DNA of 64,000 nucleotides, taken from positions 234,360 to 298,359 of the forward strand of contig NW_005434596.1 of assembly GCF_000315625.1 (NCBI RefSeq), read 5' to 3'. Source of the stretch: Guillardia theta CCMP2712. Its lineage: Eukaryota; Protista; Cryptophyta. This document shows, in pieces, positions 56,712 to 64,000 of this stretch. The notes beneath the pieces were generated by a model. That model saw nothing but the letters and a program-made list of their open reading frames with translations. It was not told the origin of the DNA and ran no database searches. The position numbers and the translations under genes are program-made. How positions within the stretch are numbered: the first letter of the stretch is position 1; each line of letters begins with the position of its first letter.

Positions 56712-59700
56712 TTACTCGGCAGGTTGTCGAGCAGCCGAGCCGAAGTCGGGGTTCTTCCTTCGCTCCTCCTCGAGTCTCTGCAGCAGCTGTCAGCCTCGTC
56801 CTCCGGTCCTCCTCGCTCCTACCTGCATCACGACTGCCTGCATGTGCTCGAGGTTGTGAACTTCAAACTTCTCCTTGCATCCCCCCGCTGCCTCTCGCTT
56901 ACTCGGGTACTGCAACATCGTTAGACTGCAAGCCTCCAGACCCAGCCCCAGGAGCTCAAGCGAGGCATCAGCAGGACATCACGGGTGAAGACGAGGGAGG
57001 GCGCGAGGAGGAGGAAGAGGAGGGGACTAGCACAGGCCTTACGTTCTCTCCCAGCGCGAGCTCAAGTCTGGAGGACTTGAGGTTGAGTAGGTTGAAGGCA
57101 GGGGCCAGCTCGATGCAGTTGCTGCTCACAGAACTCAGAAGGGAGGGCACAAGACAAGCAACCGACCTGAAGAGAGCTTGCCGACAGAACACGTACAGAC
57201 CCAGACGAGCTCGCGACAGAGCCACAATCAGCCTCCTCACGTCTCGCAAGTGTCCGACAGTCTTGGTGCGCACCAGAGACAGCAGGATGTAGTCGTTCTG
57301 CTGCCCCTGGTACTTGTCCACCGTCGAAATCTTTGGCGGCATCCCCACCCCAGGGATGGACGAGCAGCGGAAGCGAGCCACGTCCTGCAGGAGGGCAACT
57401 TGCCCGTTGTACGTCGACAGGATGGTGATCTTGTCGGCCGGGTAGCCGATGATGCGCATGTACATGTAGACAGCGATGATGTACTCGGCTTCGGCGAGGT
57501 TCTGATAGAAGAAGGCAGTCGGCTCGCTCTCTCCCACTCCCCCAAGATCCTCCACGTTCACCAGCTGGAACTGATGAGCAAAACCAGCGTTGGCCAGCCG
57601 GAACATCTCCCGCCCTGTCACGTGCTCCATGTCCCCGAGCGACCGATATCGCCAGTTGTACAGCTTGGCTATCTCTGGCCTGGCTCGGCCCTGAGCATTG
57701 AGCTCGATGTAGGGGATCCCCAGGCGGACGAAGCGAGAAAACAAGCTTTGGTCCATCCTCGAGTACTTCTGGAAGGCAATGTTCTTGATCACCGGAGGAA
57801 GCTGGTTGTGGTCGCCGATGAGCACGACGCGCTTGAGCCGGCACTTGTTGCCCCTTCTCGGCTCCTGCAGCAGCATGGGGATGAACGTTTCGATCTCCAG
57901 GATCTGTGCAGACTCCTCCATCACCAGCGAGTCGAACTCGAAGCCCGACTCGATAAAGTCGTGCCGTTTCAGCGCCGCGTGCGTGCATGTCATGGCGATG
58001 ATCTTGGCCTGTGTGGTCACAAGGTACTTGGCTCGCTCCTGGTAAGTTCGGAGGATCTCAAACGCTCGGCATTCCTCCAAGAAAGTGAACATGTACTGCA
58101 CAAGCAACGTCAGCATCACTGTCAGACCCTCCAGCGCCTTACCTTGAGGTGTTGGAAGCAACCTTGAGCCGCCCTCATCGCATCCTTGCTATCCATGCTC
58201 GAGTTGAAGACTGACTCCGGCGCGTCGTTGAAAAACTCGTGGAAAGGAAACTGTTCGATGATCTTCGTCGCGTCGTTGCAGTCCTTGACGCGATCCTCAA
58301 ACTCCTCCCACCTTGCAACGATGTTGAACAGGAAGAAGTGCTGTGCCGTCTCGCACGAGTACTCCACGTCTGCTGTGATCCCTATGCTCCGAGCCAGCCG
58401 CCCCACCTCCTCCAGCAGCTCCAGCCGCTTCCCCAGCATGTACTGGACGCGTCCCCACTTGGAGAAGTCTTCCTCAGTCTCGAGCGTCTCGGCCTCGTGA
58501 CCCAGGCGCAGGAGATGTCGCTCGTCGATGTCGAGAGCAGCGATCTTCTCGAAGATGTCGTTGAGCGCCTGGTTCGAGTGAGTCACCAGCAAGATCCTCT
58601 GGTGAGGGAAGTTGTGGTAGATGTTGGAGATGATCTGTACGGCGGTGTCTGTCTTGCCGGTACCCGGGGGGCCGACGACCTGTGCGAAGCCTTCGTTGGT
58701 CCCAGCAAGAATTGCATCCACCTGAGCGGGAGTGAAGCGGATGGAGTTGGTCTTTCTCTTCAGCTCAGGGTAAGGACCTGGCTCGGGAGGAAGGTAAGAC
58801 TGGCAGACCATGGCAGCATCGCCCTCGCTGCTGGCTGGAAACTGAACGCGGAAAGGAGGAGCTACCAACCCCTTGGCGTTAGGCTTGAACTCGATTTTCT
58901 TCCCAGGAAAGCTCTCCGTCACATGCTTCTCGTCCAGGAACGTGTCGTTGAAGTCCACAGTCTGCAATGGGCTCAAGGCCGTGTAATGAGACTCTTGCGG
59001 ATCTCCATAGCCGAGCAGAACATCGTGAAGCCACTCGGGAACCACGATGTTGGTATTCATGAGATCTCTGATACACTCCAAGATCGCCTTGAAGTTGTTC
59101 TCCTGCGCCTTGCGCTTCATGATCACATTGAACGTCTCGTACACAGGATCTCCCCCGTGTTGTGCCTTGTAAGCAGCATCGATCGCGTACTGAGCCGAGT
59201 TCAGTCTCACTCGCACCTTCCTCTCTTGTCCCTGAGGCAAGCCTCTCGACTGCGGGTCGAGGTTGTTGAAGATTTTCCCATCAGAGTCCAGCATGCCGAC
59301 CACCTCGCACCCCCTGATGTACTCGATACAGAAGTCTTCCTTGCACTTCCCTTCCGTATGAGGAGGATGCTCGCCTGCCTTATACCTGGCCTTGATCGTG
59401 AGCAGAAACAGCACGTCGTGCTCTCTGAAAGTCTCCCACTCTCGTCTGAGCGTGTGGTCACGCATTCCTTGCAGCGAATAGGTCGCTTCGCCCACGACCC
59501 GCGCAGGCTTCGTTTCACCGAGGTTGGGCTTGGAGACCTCTATGACTGAGAAGGAAGTGAGAGGAAGGGACGACCGAGACCATCCCTGGAACACCGTTCT
59601 CCCGTCATCTATCCTTGGCCTCAGACGCAAAGCAACGTCTTCCACATCCTGGCGTATCTCGTAGGTGCTTTCAAGACGGAAGAGGTTGAAGTTGCGAAGC

Positions 59701-62167
59701 AGGTAGTCATGAAACGTCAAGTACTGCAGGTTCAGCTTGGGTAACGCAAGGACCTGCTCTCCAGTGAAGTTGATAGACGGCACTACGTGCTCATCCCACA
59801 ACAGGTTTTCAGTTGGATAAAGGGGAAGTGCATTGATAGCATCCAGCTGCGAAATCCGACGCTCATGGTATGCAACAGCAATCTCCAACATAGTTCTGTG
59901 ATCCAACCAAGTCAGCCCGGCCGATTCATCTTCGAACGGTATCAATCTGATCTTGCGCAACAGCTGTGATAGCTGAGTCTTGTTCAGCCTCGACAAATAC
60001 ACCCTTAGACTGTCCTTGTTTTCAACGGCTCCAATGTTAGCAAGTGCAAATTCCTTCATAATGTCAGGGAACAAGGAGTAGGCATGCCTTTGCACGAGTT
60101 GGATACGACCATAATGCCTCGCAAGCATCTCATCACGGCTCAAGGGCATACCAGTGTGCTCATTGATTTCAAAGTCCAAATAGAAGCTCAAAAGATCAAG
60201 AAGTTGATTGAAGAGTCGGCCATCTGGGCGCTTAGCGAGGTTTGCAAGGCGACATCGAATGACGAAATGGTGATCAGAGAGCAGCGCCAAGAAGAATCGG
60301 CGGGTTGGCAGTTGAGCAATCAGATCAATCAAGAATTCCAACACCCTTTCCAAGTATCGCCTCAGTTCGAATTCAAACTTGCCATCTGCCGGGATTGTGG
60401 ACAGTTGTTGAAAGAAGACCTCGAGTAACTTTGGAAGGAAGTGATCTTTCAACTTTTCCAAGCCTTCTTTCTGCACTTTCTTTTGTAATGTCCTACAGGA
60501 TCAAGCGATGTCACTGTAACCTTCAACCAAAGAATATCAAAAGTTACCTCCATTTCTTCTCAAGGTGAGGAGCTTTTCTAAGTTCTAGCTCCAACCTTGA
60601 CTTGCTCAAATGTAGCCAAAGAGGCAATGAAACTTGAAGCAAGCATGAGTTCCTGACCATTGTGTTCTCCAAGCTCTGGAAGCTGTGAATCAGAAATACT
60701 ACGATGAGGCTCCTTTCTCTATGCGAAAGCTCCTTCTTGCCATGCAGAATGGTCACGCTCTTGAAAAATTCTGAGAAAACCTGCTCACGCTCCTGAAACG
60801 GCTCCCAAGACATGACCTATGGAGGAGTTAGAAAGCAACTAGAGCTGCAAACGTAGGCTTCACCTGTTCGCGAAACTTCTCGTTCACCATGCAAACCAAA
60901 GAGAGAATGTGAGCGTCTGTAGCTTTCGATGGGTCATAGTTGGGCCATAGGTACTTCTCGAGGTATTGGCTGTATTCCAAGATCATCACTTTGTTCAACG
61001 CAAAGTTCGATGGCAGAAGTTCTTCTTTGTACAACTTAGTCACGAGTGCTGGATCCCAAGGCTTCGTCTTAGACCCTTTCCAATGCTCCTCAGCAATTGC
61101 CATCAACTTATCACTTTCCAGCTTTCGCTTCGTCGGAATGGCGTTGCTATCATCCCTGACTTTCTTCTTCTTCTTTTTATCACAAGCTCCAGAATCTGCC
61201 TTCCTCTTTGTTCCCGAGGTCTGCTCAGCCTGTTCCTCCTAAAGCTCTTCGTCAACTGCGACGGTTTTCGCAATATTACAAATACCTCAGCTTCCTCCTG
61301 CTCATCATCATCTTCTTCTTCCTAAAATCAAAGCATTGAATCAATAAAGGGGATCAAAATAGATATCTAGCACCATTTCTTCGTCTTCATCGACATCTTT
61401 GGCATCATTGGTTTCGGCACCAGCAGCTTCTAACTGACCCTGTTCTTTTCCACCATCATGTGATTCTTTTGTTTCCTTTGGTTTTGCTGGCTCGCTGCTG
61501 GCCACTGCAGGTACCTCCTTGCTCTGAGCTGCTTGTGGAACTTTGGTGCCTGCTGACAAGCGAGTATCAAGGGATCAAGGATCATACATAGTAATCTTCG
61601 TATGGATGAGAGGTGCGTGTCCTCGAATGATGAAACAGGAAATCTCACCTGCCGGGCTTTTCTGAGGAGTGCTAGCAGGTTTCTCGGGAGCAGACGCAGG
61701 GCTAGGGGTGGGTTCTTGTTGTTTCTTGGGGGACTCTTGTGGTGCGGCCGTCTTGCTCTTGGCTGGGGACTTCGCCGCTTCAGGTTTTGACGTCTCAGCC
61801 GGAGTAGCAGCAGGCTGCTGTTCCTTGGACACTGCAGGTTCTGGTGCCTGCGCTGCTGGAGCAGGAGCCTTCTCGGCTGGAGTAGCTTCCTTGGCAGGAG
61901 ACTGCTCTGGTTGGCTGGTTTCAGACGCCGCCGGAGCGCTCGTCTGCTGGCTCTGCAGGTGAGTCTTCAGACGATCACTTAAAACAGCCTTGACGCCTGA
62001 AGTCGGGAGGTTGCGAGCCTTCAACTCGGCTTTCAGCTGGTCCACCTAGGATGGGAAGCAATCAGTGACGAACCATGTTGGTAAGGTTATGAGCAGGTGA
62101 AGTCAGATGAGAACAAATGAATCACCTTCAACTTATCGACATCAGCGACAGAGAGGTCCCCTGCCAT
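56712..62167 (-). CDS. AQR: Intron-binding spliceosomal RNA helicase Aquarius with an extra N-terminal SAP domain, multi-exon
   Basis: [109 protein letters not shown]. Confidence 0.95.
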
Positions 62168-63127
62168 TTGTGAAGACCTCTCAGCTTTCTCTGCAAAAGT
62201 GCACCGACTGTCCGCACTTGCCAGGTCCAAGGCAACCCTGCCCCACACATCATTATTAGTCCGGAGTCCATAAATCAGTGAAATAGCTTGTTCAGTTTGA
62301 CATGGCCTTAGTTTGACATGGCCTCAGTTCAACAACGCACGAGCTCATCAGGAAGAGAGAGAGGGCATGTGGAAGGATAAAAATCAAACATGGAGTGAGG
62401 CTGGGCATGTGTATGGCGGGATCTGGGAGCAGGCCTTCCTCCTGTGGTCCACAGAGCTGGGAAATAGCATTGCTCCTCATGGATGAAGCGAGCTGGGATG
62501 AGGAGGGATAAACATACGATAACACGATTGAGAGAACTAGCTGTTGAGTGCAAGAAGATGAGAAGTCATGTGTGCAGGTCCCACAAAGTTTCCACCAACC
62601 CGGTGAGGAATAATTCGAAACGAAAGCAGGCGCAAAAACTGGAAGAGGAGGAGGAGCAGGAGAGTACGGAGGAGGCAGGGCAGAGAGAGCATGAGGATCA
62701 AGTATATTGAGAGGAGGAGAGGAGGAAGAGCCGATAGCCAGCGACAGACGATGAGGAGGAGGCACATAAGCCAGAGGATCCTGCCGGCATGCAGGGAGCG
62801 GCGGCGCGTGGAAACCCAAGGGGGTGGTTTAATTCGTTCGGTGGGTACTGCTCATTGATGTGGGTGGGGGGTGATTCAATAGTGCTGATTACCCCACAAA
62901 ATATTGGAAATTTTACGGGTACTTAGTCATTCAAGGTGGTAGAGATCCAGAATCTTCTTAGTTAATCGGGTGGGGTCATGAGATGACCGGTGATGTACGA
63001 AGGGCTCTCTCATTCGGAGTAGGGGTACATCCTCCCTGCTTCCGGATTACGAAGGGGGTGGGTGGTTTGCGGTGATGGGTGCTGATTGGAGGCCCGCCTC
63101 AGAGCAAGGACGATGACAGGAGTTGCC

Positions 63128-64000
63128 ATGGCGAAATTTTGTTTCAAGCTCCTCCTCCTCCTCCTCCTCCTCCTCCTCTCCCTGCCCCCTTCGAACTCCT
63201 TCTCCTTCCTGCCTTCTGCTTCTCCACTGATCTCCTTGCCTATCCACTCGCCTCTGCTCCCATTCTCTTCGTGTCCATGTCCTTGCCCTGGATCCGCCAC
63301 ATTGCTGAAAGCCGTATCCTCCTACTCGAGCCATCGAGGGAAGCGGAACCATACCTATGAGGAGACAGGACGAGCTGGAGAAGACTTGAACCATCTCAAA
63401 TATCTCTCCAAGGTCCAGCTCAGCGGAAGGAGGAGCGAAGAATTTTTTACCGACCCTCTCGGAAGGTAGGGTGTTGTTCTCCATGTCTCCTCTCCTCCTC
63501 TCCCAGTGCATGGCTGCCGCTCTTGCTCTTGTCAGTCTTTCAGTGAGCGATGCTGCTACAGGTCAGTGGTCAACACCCCTCTCATCCGAGCGTCAACCGT
63601 CACCTTCCCGAGCATGGCCGCGCTCCGAGCTCGCCCGCAAGGGATCCAAACTGTCTATGGAGGGCTCTTCTACGGGCGATATGGCACGTTGACGCACAGA
63701 GCAGCAGAAGAAGCGCATGCAGTGCTGGAAGAAGGTCACAAGTCATGCGCCGTCAGCTCAGGGAGAGCAGCCATGGTCTGTGTCTTGATGGGGCTGCTGA
63801 GGAAAGGAGATGTAGTGCTGTACTCGTCTGATATCACCCCTGCTCTCAAGAGTTTCTTGTGCGTCGAGATGAAGAGGTTGGGAGTGACGAGCGTCTCGTT
63901 CCAAGCTTCCTCCTCCCGAGACGCCCTGCTAAGTCAGCATGGGCCGGACCTCGATCGCGCTCGCATGGTGTTGGTTGAGACTTTTTCGCCCTCCTCCCCA
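63128..64000 (+). CDS. Cys/Met-metabolism PLP enzyme (cystathionine beta-lyase-like) with a bipartite plastid-targeting-like leader; partial
   Basis: Leader MAKFCFKL(n)SLPPSNS-F; VVNTPLIRASTVTFP...FYGRYG; AVSSGRAAM; MKRLGV...RMVLVET. Confidence 0.65.

Noticed and set aside
62292-62352. Box C/D snoRNA or hammerhead-like TGATGA...CTGA on the minus strand, beside a 16-nt tandem duplication
   Set aside because: Too short for a snoRNA and no hammerhead stems or GAAA core could be built.

Overview
Eukaryotic nuclear DNA, GC-rich, with many short (about 45-50 nt) GT-AG introns, longer microsatellite-filled introns and two N gaps. Gene style and protein families suggest a cryptophyte alga such as Guillardia theta (inference). 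Host-type genes: molybdenum cofactor sulfurase (partial), a ubiquitin-like-domain protein, a DHX36/DExH1-like RNA helicase, TYW5, an HTH transcription-factor-like protein, an ATP-grasp-like protein, ANKZF1/Vms1, a degenerate papain-family protein, a bHLH protein, a WD40 relic, Aquarius with an N-terminal SAP domain, and a partial cystathionine beta-lyase-like gene. The main anomaly is a ~21-kb island (about 19.0-40.4 kb) with no microsatellites, very few introns and tightly packed orphan genes. It encodes a giant Cys-repeat/RCC1/poly-Gly adhesin-like protein fused in frame to a region with a degenerate MCM-like AAA+ motif series, plus a capping-enzyme-fold protein. Two short spliceosomal introns are predicted inside it. 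This best fits an endogenous large DNA virus segment, but no capsid, polymerase or integrase gene is visible, so viral origin remains an inference. Ends of spliced genes were read by eye and are approximate.
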